Source: an uncultured Planctomycetaceae bacterium (GTDB taxonomy: Bacteria > Planctomycetota > Planctomycetia > Planctomycetales > Planctomycetaceae). Taken from it: a stretch of DNA of 64,000 nucleotides. The stretch is taken from positions 64,001-128,000 of the forward strand of contig CAWFAK010000009.1 of assembly GCA_963813715.1 (NCBI GenBank), given 5' to 3'. This document shows positions 14,131 through 26,211 of this stretch, one piece after another (the first letter of the stretch is position 1; the number at the start of each line of letters is the position of its first letter). A model generated the notes under the pieces. The model made no database searches. It was not told where the DNA came from and saw only the letters and a list, made by a program, of their open reading frames with translations. The position numbers and the translations under genes are program-made.

Positions 14131-14926
14131 ATGGCTGAATCGCTGCAAATGTCGAACACGAAGGATCAGGACCGAACCGGAATGTTGCGCCGGCCGCTTG
14201 ACGGCTCGCGGCCGCCGCGCGAGAGCGACCTGGCCGGGCTTGCCTTGGCGGGCGGCCGAGCCGCAAAGGCGGACGTCTCTTTACTCCGGGCGATGGTTGT
14301 CGTTGCCTTAGCCGTGTGGATGTCGGCCGTCGTCGTGCTTGGCGCTCGGGGCGCGTTTGTGCGCCCTCCGGGGACGCCGCCGTTGCCGATTGCCCTGGGC
14401 TTCGCCGCGCCTATCGTCGTGTTCTTCGTCGCCTTCCTCGCGTCAGCCTCGTTCCGCGATTTTCTCGCGGGCCGGGATTCTTTCACTCCTGACGGCCATC
14501 CAATCGTGGCGCTTTGCCGGCTTCGGGTTTATCGCACTCTATGTGTCCGGCGTCCTGCCGGGCGCCTTCGCCTGGCCGGCCGGGTTGGGCGACATGGCCA
14601 TTGGGCTGACGGCGCCTTGGGTCGCACTCTGGGTCGCTCACCGACCGGGTTTCGCGGCCGGCCGGCTGTTTGTGATCTGGAACTTGCTGGGGATCCTGGA
14701 TCTCGTCGCGGCGGTCGCCAATGGGGCGTTCAACCAGGTCTTGGCGACCGGCGCCGCCGGCGAGATCACAACCGCGCCCATGGCCCAGATGCCGCTGGTG
14801 CTCATTCCGGCGTTTCTCGTGCCGCTGTTTCTAATGCTGCACGTGACCGCGCTGTTCCAGGCACGGCAGCTGACACGCCCGGCGCTGGGCAAAGCCAGCG
14901 ACGAGTTGGACCTGATCGTGGAGTGA
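14131..14926 (+). CDS. Conserved-type multi-pass membrane protein (frameshift ~14475)
   Basis: About 7 hydrophobic helices; QSWR.AG, LP.AFA.PAG.GD, WN.LG.LD and P..LIP.FLVP...LH motifs. Confidence 0.75.
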
Positions 14927-15004
14927 TTTACCAGGTTCGTGTTTCGCGAGCGGGCCGGCAAGACTGGCGGCTTTTCGGCCGGCGCCTGTCTGGCCGGAAG
15001 AGAG

Positions 15005-17472
15005 CTATCGCGGGCGTTTGCCGTTGCGTTTGCCGGCCGATTCGCGGCGGCGGGAGATGCCGGCTTTCGAGCCCTTGGATGCGTCGGAGTTGGCGGCATC
15101 GGCTGCGTTGAGCAGCTTCTGCCAGAATGACCCGGCCGCCCCGCGAACAGCGCCGGCAGCCTGGGCGGCCGGCTGGCGTCCCTGTTTACCCCCCGCGACG
15201 GCGACCTGAGCATCCTCGTCTGGGGGCCGCTTAGGGTCCGTGCCGGGAGGCGCCGTTGTTGTCGGCTTCCACCAGGTGAGCAGCTTCCGTTCGCCGAAGC
15301 CCCACAAGCTCGACGAGATGTAGTACACGCACAGGCCGGAGGGGAACTTGTAGAACATGGCCCCCATCACGACCATCATGTAGCTCATCATCTTCTGCTG
15401 CATTTCCTGCTGCTCGTCGGTCGGCGGCGGCATGAACATCTTCTGCTGCACCACCATGAGCGCGACCGTGATAATCGGCAACAGGTTGAACGTCGTCCAA
15501 CCCAACCAGGGCACAACGAACGGCAGCTTGAAGAGCGCGTCGGGCGCGGCCAGGTTCTTGAAGTATAAAAACGGCGCGAGCCGCAGATCGACCGAGTACT
15601 GCAGCGCCTGATAGAGCGCGATGAAGATCGGCATCTGAATCAAGAGCGGCAGGCAGCCCGCCATCGGGTTGACCTTGAACTCGCGCATCAGCTCGAGATT
15701 CGCCATCGCGAGCTTTTCTTTGTTGTCGGCGTATTTCTTCTTGATCTCGGCCAGCTTGGGCTGCATCTCCTTCATCCGCTGCGCTTGGGCGGTCTGCCGC
15801 AACGAAACGGGGAACATGCAGGCCCGCACCAGGATGGTGAGGAAGATGATGGCGACGCCGTAAGGCACGCCCATCCCGTGGAACACGTTGAGCACGAGCA
15901 GCATCACGTTGCTGATCTGGGCGAACCAGCCGAAATCGAGCACGCCTTCGGCCTGCAGCGGCGTGAGCAGCGTCTTGCGTTTCGGACCGGCGAACAGCTC
16001 GAAGCCCTGCTTCACCGAGGTCTTGGGCGCCAGCACCACCTTCTTCGAGTCGAGCTGCACGCTCAGGTCGTTCTGCGACTTTTTCGGTAGGCGTTTCGAG
16101 CAGCATCGGCACGCTGCGCTCGATCGTGCGATCCTTGAGCTGGTCGTCAGTCGGCAAGATCAGCGCCGCGAAGTACTGCACGTCGACGCCGATGTACTTG
16201 AGCGGGCTCTTCCACTCTTCGACTTTGTTTTTCTCTTCGTCACTGACGATCTGGCCGATCGTCTTGGTCTGGGCGTTGACTGCTCCGGTGTTGAGCAGAA
16301 AACCCATCTTGAGATCGCGGAACTTCCGCGCGTTGGCCGCGTCTTCCAGCGGCAGGCCGACGGGTCCCTGCAGCGTGTATGAGAGCGTGCGTTCGGCCGG
16401 GCCGGCGTTGGTCAACACGACGTCGAAGTGCAGGAGGTAGCCGTCGGTGTTCGTGTCGCGGACTCCGCGGGCGGCCCGCGTCGAGCCTTCGCCGCCGGGG
16501 ATCGATTCGAGCGAATATCGCTTTTCCAAAACCAGCGTGCCGTCGGGCGAGGGAAACTGAAACGTGACGGCCGAATTCACGCCGGGATGGTTCGGGTCGG
16601 CGGTGACCTGGGCGACTTTCCAGTTGCGGGCCGACAGTCCGCTTTCGCCCTTGGGCAAGAGCGCGTCGAACTCCGGAAAATCGGTGTTGAAGGTGGTCGT
16701 TGCCAGCGAGACGTTGCGGTCGGCCTGCTTGAGTTTTTCGGCGGCCACCTCGAAGCGCGGTGCGCACGCCGTCGATTTCGGCCGACGCTTCGCCGGGCTT
16801 CAGGGTCGACTGCAGCGCTCGCAACCGTTCGGCGGCCATTTCGTGCTCGGCCTGCGCCAGGTCGCGATCTTTGATGGCCTTGATCGTCCGCTGATCGAGC
16901 GAGTTGCCGACAATCTTTAGCGGCACTTCGGTGTTGGAAAGCTCCCGATAGCGCGGATCGTTGAACTCGATCCCGGCGACGGAGCCACCCTTGGTCGTCA
17001 GTTCGGCCTTGAGGAAGTAACCGGTGTCCGGATCGCCGCTGCCCAGCACGATCGTTTGCTGCGGGAACTTGGGAACCGCAGGCTCGCCAGCTTTGGCGGC
17101 AGCGCCCTTCGGAGCGGCGTCTTTCGCAACCGCCTGATCGGCGCCTTTTTTCGCAGCGTCCTTACCCGCGTCTTTAGCAGCATCGTTGGCGGCCGGTTTG
17201 TCACCAGCTTTGACGACCGACGTGTCGGGCTTTTTATCCCCAGCTTTGTCGCCGGGTTGGTCCTTGCCCGCTGCCGCTTTGGCAGCCTCTTTGTCGTGGG
17301 CCGCGCCGGTCTTGCCCACTTGCGCCAGGGCGGCGGCGTCTTTCTTCGCGGCGTCGTTGGCCGCGTTTTGCACTGGCTTGTGAGGGAAGAACCGCGGGAC
17401 AACATAGTTGTTCCACGCGATCAGCATCCCTAACGAGAGCGCAAAGAACAGGACGAGATTGCGAGTCTGCAT
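15005..17472 (-). CDS. yidC: Membrane protein insertase YidC (frameshifts ~16750 and ~16080)
   Basis: N-terminal TM, large periplasmic domain, DFGWF, YGVAIIFLTILVR, GCLPLLIQMPIF and PSGL.VY. Confidence 0.92.
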
Positions 17473-17481
17473 CAAGGACCG

Positions 17482-18243
17482 TCACCGACCGTCGCGGAGG
17501 CGGTCGCCCAAAAAATTATCCAGGTCCGGGATTTCGTAAATCTTGGCGATCGTCTTCTCGAAGTCGTAACGGACGCGGCGGAAAGTGATCGTGGTCTTGC
17601 CCGGCGCCTGATCCGACTCGCCGAGAACGATGTAAGAGGCGCGGTTGTCGCTGTTGCGAGGCTGACCCACCGAGCCGACGTTCACCAGGACCTTTTGATC
17701 GCCCAGCGTGTATTTGAAATCAATCTCCTCGGGAGCGAGGAAATTGAGATCCTCCGTGAAGACTCCCGGTATATGCGTGTGACCCTGAAAGCAGTAGCGG
17801 TCCACTAGGGCGAAGATCCGCTCCATCTTCCTCTGATTATAGATGTCTTCCGGAAAGACGTACTCGTTGAGCGGGTTGCGGGCCGAGCCGTGAACGAAGA
17901 GAAATCCCGGCTCCCGGTGCTGGCGGGGCAATTCGCCCAGGAATTCGCAGCGGCGGTCGTTCCCCCGCACTTCCGACGATTCCAGCATCTTCCGCGTCCA
18001 GAAGATGGCCCGCTCGGCCCCGGCGTTAAAGCCTTCCGGGTCGAACAGGGCCCCCTGGTCGTGGTTGCCTAGCAAGCAGATCCGGCTCTGCATGGCCAGA
18101 TCGATGCACTCGCGCGGATTGGGACCGTAGCCGACAATGTCTCCCAGGCAGTAAATCGTGTCTAATCCCTGACTTTTGATGTCGGCGAGGACAGCCTCAA
18201 ACGCCTCGAGATTCGCGTGAATATCGCTGATAACAGCTTTCAA
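17482..18243 (-). CDS. Calcineurin-like metallophosphoesterase
   Basis: DIHAN, GDIVGYG, GNHD, GHTH and NVGSVGQPR motifs. Confidence 0.9.
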   Translation of the reverse strand: MKAVISDIHANLEAFEAVLADIKSQGLDTIYCLGDIVGYGPNPRECIDLAMQSRICLLGNHDQGALFDPEGFNAGAERAIFWTRKMLESSEVRGNDRRCEFLGELPRQHREPGFLFVHGSARNPLNEYVFPEDIYNQRKMERIFALVDRYCFQGHTHIPGVFTEDLNFLAPEEIDFKYTLGDQKVLVNVGSVGQPRNSDNRASYIVLGESDQAPGKTTITFRRVRYDFEKTIAKIYEIPDLDNFLGDRLRDGR

Positions 18244-18759
18244 CGAGCCTGGCTCCCCAGTCCGGCCGAATTTTCCGCCCGAATTTACCGGCCTGACTGT
18301 GCCGAATTTGCCTGCCCGGCTAGGCGGATTATGCCTGGACGGCGTGCTTAAGCGCGCGGCGGCCTCGCAGACCGGCGAGACGCAAACCGACCCCTCTACG
18401 GCGGCGCAAATCGATCCAGCAGTCTAGTTTGGATCACGCTGGACGGTCAAGCCGGGGCCTTTCTTCACGTTGCCCCAACTCCCCGCGTTTCCGATTCGAC
18501 ACTTTGTTCGCTCCCGGCGCGTTGACCTTCGGCAACTGTGGCCTATGTTTGCGCACCCCAAAGTCATCGCTCCCGGCAAAGTCTCGCAGAGTGAACAGCC
18601 CGACCGGCTTTTCCCCAGCGGGACCGACCGCACATTCAATCCAAGCGGACGGCCGGCGTTCCTGGTTCGGTTCCACCGTCGTCCTCCGCAGATCTGACCA
18701 ACAGGCTTCACGTGCGCCCAACGGGCGGACGGCAGGCCTGTGGCTGGGAGCGTATTACG

Positions 18760-20150
18760 GTGAGCAAGACCCATCACGGTTCGCTGTTGGTGGTCGACGA
18801 CGACAAGCACGTCTGCGAGGCCATGGCTGAGTTTCTCCGCGGCCGCGGACACCGGACCGAAACCTCTTTCACCTGCGTCGACGCGATTGAGCGGATGCGT
18901 GAACATCCGTTCGAGGTCGTCCTCTGCGACGTCTGCCTTCCCGACGCGGACGGTTTTCATCTGCTGCAGTGGGCCGTCGAGCACAAACCCGACACGTCCG
19001 TCATTCTGATCACGGGCTACGGCACGATCGAAAGTGCCGTCGAGGCGATCCGCATCGGCGCCTTCGATTACGTCACCAAGCCTGTGATCGACGACGAACT
19101 CAGCCTCGCCATTCAGCGGGCGCTGGGCCAGCGCAAGATGGTGGAAGAAAACCGCTCGTTGCGGGCGCAGCTCGACGCCAAGTTCGGCTTGAGCAACATC
19201 GTCGGCCGCGACTACAAGATGGTGCGGATGTTTGACCTGATCGAGAGCGTGGCCGATACGCGGACCACAGTGCTGATCCTCGGCGAAAGCGGGACCGGCA
19301 AAACGGTCACCGCCCGCGCCATTCACCAGCTAAGCTCGCGACGGGACAAGCCGTTCGTCGAGGTCTCCTGCGGATGCTGCCCGATTCACTGTTGGAGAGT
19401 GAACTCTTTGGCCACGTGGCCGGCTCGTTTACGGGAGCCACGCACGACAAGGTCGGAAAATTCCTCCAGGCGGACGGTGGCACGCTCTTCCTCGACGAAG
19501 TGGCGACCGCGTCCCCCGGGCTGCAAGTCAAACTGCTCCGCGTGCTGCAGGACCGCGAATTCGAACCGGTCGGCGGCAACAAGACGCACAAGGTCGACGT
19601 GCGGCTCGTGCTGGCCACCAACCGCGACCTGGAATCGATGGTTCGCCGCGGCGAATTCCGCGAGGACCTCTATTACCGGATCAACGTGATCTCCGTCACG
19701 CAGCCGCCGCTCCGCGAACGGATTGGCGACATCCCGCTGCTCCTCGAGCACTACCTGGCCCACTTCCGCGAGCAGACCGGCAAGAAGATCACCGGCTTTG
19801 ACGAGCAGGCTTTGCAGGCCCTGCAGCGCTACTCGTGGCCGGGCAACGTCCGCGAACTGGTCAACCTGGTCGAACGCAGCATCGTGCTCAGTAAGGGCAC
19901 CGTGGTGTCGCTGCCCGAGCTGCCCGACGCGGTTCGCCGCGAAGAGCTGGCCCGCACCGATCTGGCCGGCTGCGTCGGGGCCAACTTGAAGAGCGCCCTG
20001 GCCATGCCCGAGCGGCAAATCATCCTCGACGCGCTGGCGGCCCACGGCTGGAGCCGTCAGGAAACGGCCAAGGCCCTGGGCATCAACCGCACGACTCTGT
20101 ACAAGAAGATGAAGAAGTTCGGCATCGAGTTCGAGCGGCAGATGGTCTAG
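18760..20150 (+). CDS. Sigma-54-dependent response regulator, NtrC/AtoC family (frameshift ~19372)
   Basis: Receiver domain, Walker [38 protein letters not shown], Fis-type HTH. Confidence 0.92.
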
Positions 20151-20257
20151 AGGCGCTTTCCATCCAGCTGTAGCGGCTCCGCGGCGTAAATCGTCGGGAA
20201 TCTTGAGGGATTCATCGCGTCACCGGAGTGCTCGCAGCACTAGCGGATTGACACAAC

Positions 20258-20986
20258 GTGGCTGACGGCTGGCAGCGCGAGGAGATCGACGGTCGGCCGG
20301 CGGAACGATTCGACCCCCATCCGGCAGGAGCAGCCGGAGCGGGGGTCGTCCTGTTTCTGCACGACTTCGACGCGCGGCCCCTCTCCGAAAGCCCGGACTT
20401 CACGGCCGAGCTCAAGCGTCGCGGATTGCGGGCCGTGTGCCCGATCGCCGACCGCTGCTGGTGGACGACCGTCGCCTGCCCTGACTTCGATCCAGAGATG
20501 AGCCCGCTGACGTACGTCCGCGACTCGGTCGTGCCGTTCATCGGCCGCACTTGGAACGTCGCGCCGCCCGCCATCGGTCTATTGGGAATTGGGATGGGCG
20601 GGCAGGGCGTGTTGCAGTTGGCGTATCGCGGGGCACGCGAGTTCCCCTGCGTGGCGGCGATCGCCCCGGCCGTCGACTTCCACAGCTGGTACGGCTACGG
20701 CCTGTCGCTCGACCAGATGTTCGCCTCGAAAGAAGCGGCCCGACAGCAGACAGCCACGCTCCACCTGCATCCGCTCAATTGGCCCAAGCACCAGTTCTTG
20801 TGCTGCGATCCTGCGGACGAATATTGGTTCGAGGGGACCGATCGGCTGGCGATGAAACTCTCATCAATGGGCATCCCCTACGAGCGCGACCTGACGACCA
20901 CAGCCGGCGGCCACGCGTGGCCCTATTTTGAACGCATGGCGAGCCCGACGCTGGAGTTTCTGGCCAAGAGCCTGGCGGCGGGGTGA
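20258..20986 (+). CDS. Alpha/beta hydrolase-fold, esterase-like protein
   Basis: Nucleophile elbow region GIGMGG and C-terminal GGHAW.YF. Confidence 0.75.
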   Translation: MADGWQREEIDGRPAERFDPHPAGAAGAGVVLFLHDFDARPLSESPDFTAELKRRGLRAVCPIADRCWWTTVACPDFDPEMSPLTYVRDSVVPFIGRTWNVAPPAIGLLGIGMGGQGVLQLAYRGAREFPCVAAIAPAVDFHSWYGYGLSLDQMFASKEAARQQTATLHLHPLNWPKHQFLCCDPADEYWFEGTDRLAMKLSSMGIPYERDLTTTAGGHAWPYFERMASPTLEFLAKSLAAG

Positions 20987-21012
20987 GAGGGAGTCTGCTG
21001 AATCCAAGTCAT

Positions 21013-21100
21013 GGGTGGCACTGGCGGCTTGTCCGCCAGTGGCTCTCTCCTGGAGTGCGAGGTAATCAAGACACTGGCGGACGAGCCGCCAGTGGCACCC
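21013..21100. repeat. REPIN-like element, family 1, copy 1
   Basis: 29-bp arm GGGTGGCACTGGCGGCTTGTCCGCCAGTG, 30-nt spacer, inverted arm; lies between convergent genes. Confidence 0.9.
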
Positions 21101-21134
21101 GAAGAAGAACAAGAAGAGGCGGAGAGAGCAGACT

Positions 21135-24100
21135 CTACGACAGCAGCTTCTCGAGGTCTTCGACCGTCATGTCTTTCAACAGGTTGGCGTCAGCTTGCAG
21201 GATGGCGTCGGCGAGCGAGCGCTTTTGGTCCTGCAGCTCGGCGATTTTTTCCTCCACCGTGCCGCGACAGATTAAGCGGTAGGCGAAGACTTTTCGCGTT
21301 TGCCCCACGCGATGGGCGCGGTCGATGGCTTGCGCTTCGACGGCCGGGTTCCACCACGGGTCGAGCAGGAAGACGTAGTCGGCGGCCGTCAGGTTGAGGC
21401 CCAAACCGCCCGCCTTGAGACTGATTAAGAACACGCAGCAGTTCGGGTCGGTCTGGAACCGCGTGACGCGCTCGCGGCGGTCGCGAGTCTGGCCGTCGAG
21501 ATATTCGTAGACGACGCCCCGGCGGTCGAGGTGCTTGCGCACGATGGCGAGCATACTGGTGAACTGCGAGAAGACGAGCGCCTTGTGCCCTTCAGAGATC
21601 AGCTCTTCCAGGTCGGGCAGGAGCACGTCGAGCTTGGCGGACGATTCCTCGTCGCTGGCCTGGTTGACGAGGTGCGGATGGCAGGCGGCTTGCCGCAGAC
21701 GGAGCAGCGCCTCGAGCACGTGCATCTTGGTTTTGCCGAGGCCCTGGCGGTCGATTTCACCCAAGAGCGAGGCGCGGTACGCGTCGCGCAACTCATGGTA
21801 GATGCGGCGCTGTTCCTTCCGCATGTCGCAATGGATCGTCTGCTCGAGCTTTTCGGGCAGCTCGCTGGCGACCTCTTTCTTCGTGCGACGCAGGATGAAC
21901 GGCCGCAGCCCCTGCGACAAGAGCCCGCGGGACTGCTCGTCCTGCGTGCCGGCGGCAAACTGCTTGAAGAGCGAACTGCGACCGAGCATGCCCGGGTTCA
22001 AGAACTCGAAGATCGACCACAAATCGCCCAGGTTGTTTTCGATCGGCGTTCCGCTCAGCGCCAGGCGATGACGGGCCGAGAGCAGGCGGCTGGCCTTGGC
22101 GATTTGCGAGCCGGCGTTCTTGATCGTCTGCGCCTCGTCGAGCACGACGTACTCGAAGGGGATGTCCTTGAGAATCGAGATGTCGCGCCGCAGCGTGCCG
22201 TACGTGGTCAGCACGATGTCGTGCTTGACGAGGTCGGGGCGTTGGGCGGCCCGGCCGATGCCGCTGTACTCGATCGTTTTGAGATTCGGCGCGAAGCGGG
22301 TGCACTCGCTGTGCCAGTTGAACATCAGCGACTTAGGCACCACGACGAGCGAGGGGACGACGCCCTTGTGGCGGGTCTTCCCCTCGACAACCACCGCCAG
22401 GAACTGGATGGTTTTGCCGAGACCCATGTCGTCGGCCAGGCAGCCGCCGAACCGCAGATCCTGCAAAAACTTGAGCCAGCCCAGCCCCTCTTTCTGGTAG
22501 CCGCGCAGCTCGCCATGAAATCCTTTCGGCTCGTCGACTGGCTGCACCCGCAGCGGCGAGCCCAAGCGCGAACGCAGCTCGAGGAATTGGGCGTCGTAGT
22601 CGGTCTCGGGCACGGTGGCGAGCAGTGCGTCGAGCATCGTGACCGTGTTCATCGCGTAGCGGACGTGGTCCTCTTCGGCGGTGCCCAGCGTCGCCAGGAG
22701 CGAAAACCGTTCGATCCATTCCTCGGGCAGGATGCCGAGCGAGCCGTCGTCGAGCCGCACGGTCGTGTCGCCGCGGGCGACGGCCGAGAGCAAATCGGGC
22801 AGGCGGATCGTGCGTCCCTCGAAGTCGACCGTCGCGTGCAGCTCGAACCAATCGACGTTCGAGCGGACGCGGAACTTCAGGTCGGTGGGCTGGCGGACGC
22901 GCTTGCCGTCGGCGTGAACTTGCCAGCCTTCGGCGGCAATTGCCCGCACGGCCGGACCGAGCGAGCGGGCCGAAATTTCGATGTCGCGACCGGTGCGGCG
23001 GGGATCGAGCAGCCGGCGAAAGCCCTGTTCGACGAGCTGCTGCCAACGCTGCTCTTCGCGCTCCTTGTTCCGCACGATGCAACGGCCGAGCGCCCGCTGG
23101 ACGATGGCCCACTGCGAGCTGGAGGCCCGCACCTGGGTGCCGACGTAGTCAAACGACACGTCGCCCTGCAGCCGGTCGCCGTGCAAGAGTGCGCCGCGGG
23201 CGCCCGCAGCGTGATATGGGGCACGGGATCGCAGGTGACTTCTTCGAGCCGCAGCTCCTCCGGCAGATCGAGGCGCGGCAGGGCGGGCATGTCGAGCAGT
23301 TGATCGATGAAGTCGTGCTCTTCGCCCACCGGCACGCGCAGCCGCTCGCCGCGTTCGAGCAGCTTGACCCAGGCGAAAGCGCCGAAGTCGCGGAGCCGCG
23401 CGATCCGCTTGGTCGTCAGCACGAGTCCGCCAGGCACTAACAGCACGGTGCGGCCCAGCGGCAGAATCTCATTTTCGCGGCAGAGCTGTCCGTCAACGCG
23501 CCACGAAGCTTTACCGGTGTCCGCCGGCGATTCGTCCGCCTCGGCCTCGATTGCGTCAGGCTCGATCGCGTCAGGCTCCGCGGCTTCGCTGCCGTCGAGT
23601 TCCTCGCCTTCGTCGCCTTCGTCTTCATCGGTGGCGCGGTCCGACGCTGAGTCTTCCAGCGGGTTCTCGGTCGCGCTGTCGTCGTCGGGCGACTCTTCGG
23701 CTACGCCTGCCGACGCGAAGGCGATGGACCGCTTTTGCTCGGCGTCTGCGTCGCCCGGTTCGCCTTCGTCGGGCACGAGCCGTAGCGAGAGTTCCCACGG
23801 CGGACCATCATCCCAGGTCAGCGGAGCGGACGAGCGTTCGTCGCTGTTGAGGTAGCGGACGCGTCCCGTCGCGCACATCAGCGGCATGATCAGTTCGCAC
23901 AGCTCGTGCGGGATACGGAAACGGTGGACCGCGCTTTGGATTTCCGCCTGCTGGGCGTGCCAGTTGGTCCGCTCGGGCGTGCCGCCGGACAAGTAGGCGA
24001 GGATCCGCGCGTCATCGGAGTCGACGGCTTCGTCGATGCGATTGGGCCGCAGCCGCAGCGGCTTGAGCTTGCCCCACTGTCCGTTGCCGCGCCGTTGCCG

Positions 24101-24693
24101 GTGCGAGGTTTGAATCACGATCTGGCCGATGGAGCGGCTCTGATCGACGTCGATCTCGTAGAAGATTTCCTGCTCGCGGGCGCGGAAGGCTGGGCGGTCG
24201 GCTCCTGGGCCAGCGTCTGCCGCACCTGCAGCAATCGCGATTGCCAGCCGGTCGCGGGGATGGAGGGGGCTTCGATCGATCGAGTTGTGCCACCGCCGCC
24301 GGGCTCGAAGAAGTCGCCGGGCAGATCGTCGTCGTCCCCCGTGAGGTCATCGTCGAGAATCAGCGAGGGGCGCGGCTCGGTGAAGAAAGGGGGAACGTGT
24401 CCCGCCTTGATCTCGCCGCTGAGGTAGTTCCCCTCGTCGACGGCGAGCACCGTGCCCCACAGATGCTTGCAGGACGGCTCGGTCTGGGCCGACGCGACGC
24501 AGTTGCAAAACATCTTCAGGCGGCCGTCCTGCCGGCTGAGCTGCGTCTGGTATTCGACGCCGTCGCGAACGACGGCAAACAACTCGTCGGCCGTGACGCG
24601 GGTAATGGCCACGCGTTCGGCCTTCAAGTAAGCGGCGCCGCGGAAGCGGACGTCGGCACGAAACCGGCCTTCCAGCAGTTCCGCCAACGTCAT
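21135..24693 (-). CDS. SWIM zinc finger + SNF2 family helicase (frameshifts ~24170 and ~23200)
   Basis: CNC...CKHLW SWIM motif, LADDMGLGKT, DEAQ, SGTPIEN and QAIDRAHRVGQ. Confidence 0.92.
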
Positions 24694-24870
24694 GCCTGTC
24701 CCCCCGCGCGGGTTCGAAAAGCCGAGCGCATCCGGTGAGGTTAACGAATCCCGGGACTTTCTGGCCAGTCTGAACGTTCGGAAAGTTCCGCAGGCGAAAT
24801 TCGCGCCGAGGTTTTTCCGTCGAACGCCGTTTCCTTGCCCTGCGCGCTGGGTTAATGCTATACGAGCGCC

Positions 24871-26211
24871 ATGGGTCCGGAGCCGTCACTTTTGAGCGAA
24901 GCTGAAGTGCGGCTCTGGTTTTCCCGCGAAATTCCGCTGGCCGATTTTCGCGGGAAACGGGTGCTCGTCATCGTGCCGGATGCCACGCGCACGGCCCCGT
25001 TGCCGCTGCTTTTTGACGCGCTCTGGTCGCGTCTGGCCGGCGTGGCCGCCCGCGTTCAGGTTTTGATCGCGCTGGGCACGCATCCGCCAATGAGCGAAGC
25101 GCAGATTGCGCGACTCCTGGGATTGGACGAACGATCACCTCAGCGCCACGGCCCACTCGAAATCTTCAACCACGATTGGAATTGCGACGCCGCGCTGTGC
25201 ACTTTGGGACAGCTCTCGGCGGCGGAGACCGCGGAGATTTCCGAAGGGCGGCTCGCGCTCGACGTGCCCGTGCGGATCAATGCCCGCATTCACGATTGCG
25301 ACGTGGCCCTCGTCCTAGGGCCCGTCTTCCCGCACGAAGTGGCGGGTTTCTCCGGCGGCAACAAATATTTCTTCCCCGGCATCTCCGGTCCGGAGCTGTT
25401 GAACTTCTTTCATTGGCTCGGCGCGCTGATCACGAACGTCGAGATCATCGGCGTGGCCGACACGCCCGTGCGACGGGTGATTGATCGCGCGGCCGCGCAG
25501 ATTCCGGTCGAGCGGCGGTGCGTGGCGTTTGTCGTCTCGCCCGAGGCCGGCCTCCACGGGCTGTTTTACGGCACGCCCGAGTCGGCGTGGCGGCAAGCGG
25601 TCGAAATCTCCTCGCGGGTGCACGTGCGGCGCGTCCCCCGGCCGTTCCACACCGTGCTGTCGTGCGCCCCGCCGATGTACGACGAGCTGTGGGTGGCCGG
25701 CAAATGCATGTACAAACTCGAGCCGGTGGTGGCCGACGGCGGCGAACTGATCATCTTCGCCCCGCATTTGAACGAGATCTCGCGGACGCACGGCAAGTTG
25801 ATCGAGCAGGTCGGCTACCACGTCCGCGACTATTTCACTGCGCAGTGGAACCGGTTCCGCGACGTGCCGTGGGGAGTCTTGGCCCACTCGACGCACGTCC
25901 GCGGGACGGGCACCTATGAGCACGGCGTCGAGCGGCCGCGGGTGAAGGTGACGCTGGCCACCGGCCTCTCGCGGGAAACGTGCGAGCGGATCGGTCTGGG
26001 CTATCGGGATCCGGCCTCGATCCGCGTCGAGGATTTCGCCGACCGCGAGGATCAAGGTATTCTGCTGGTGCGGAAAGCCGGCGAGCAGCTGTATCGCCTG
26101 GCGGACGACAGCGCGACCCGTTCTGCCGCCGCGCAAGAACGCGAGGCGGCTGCCGATCGCCCCCTCACTTCCCACAGCCCCCTCATTTCCCACACGAAGG
26201 ACAGGCCGTGA
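24871..26211 (+). CDS. Lactate racemase (LarA/DUF2088) family protein
   Basis: PDATRT, ALGTH and PHEVAGFSGGNK motifs. Confidence 0.85.
   Translation: MGPEPSLLSEAEVRLWFSREIPLADFRGKRVLVIVPDATRTAPLPLLFDALWSRLAGVAARVQVLIALGTHPPMSEAQIARLLGLDERSPQRHGPLEIFNHDWNCDAALCTLGQLSAAETAEISEGRLALDVPVRINARIHDCDVALVLGPVFPHEVAGFSGGNKYFFPGISGPELLNFFHWLGALITNVEIIGVADTPVRRVIDRAAAQIPVERRCVAFVVSPEAGLHGLFYGTPESAWRQAVEISSRVHVRRVPRPFHTVLSCAPPMYDELWVAGKCMYKLEPVVADGGELIIFAPHLNEISRTHGKLIEQVGYHVRDYFTAQWNRFRDVPWGVLAHSTHVRGTGTYEHGVERPRVKVTLATGLSRETCERIGLGYRDPASIRVEDFADREDQGILLVRKAGEQLYRLADDSATRSAAAQEREAAADRPLTSHSPLISHTKDRP

Noticed and set aside
18265..18310. CCGAATTT three times upstream of the phosphoesterase
   Set aside because: Short and irregularly spaced; cannot be distinguished from chance
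18365..18410. GACGCAAA...CTACGG resembling a c-di-GMP-I riboswitch
   Set aside because: The upstream GGCAAA and GNRA-capped stem are not evident; only an Rfam search could rescue it
19410..19445. GSFTGA instead of GAFTGA in the sigma-54 activator
   Set aside because: This is a common natural variant with the key F and T retained
21135..24693. SWIM-SNF2 helicase as part of an anti-phage system
   Set aside because: It is solitary, in housekeeping context, with no methylase, nuclease or other defence partner
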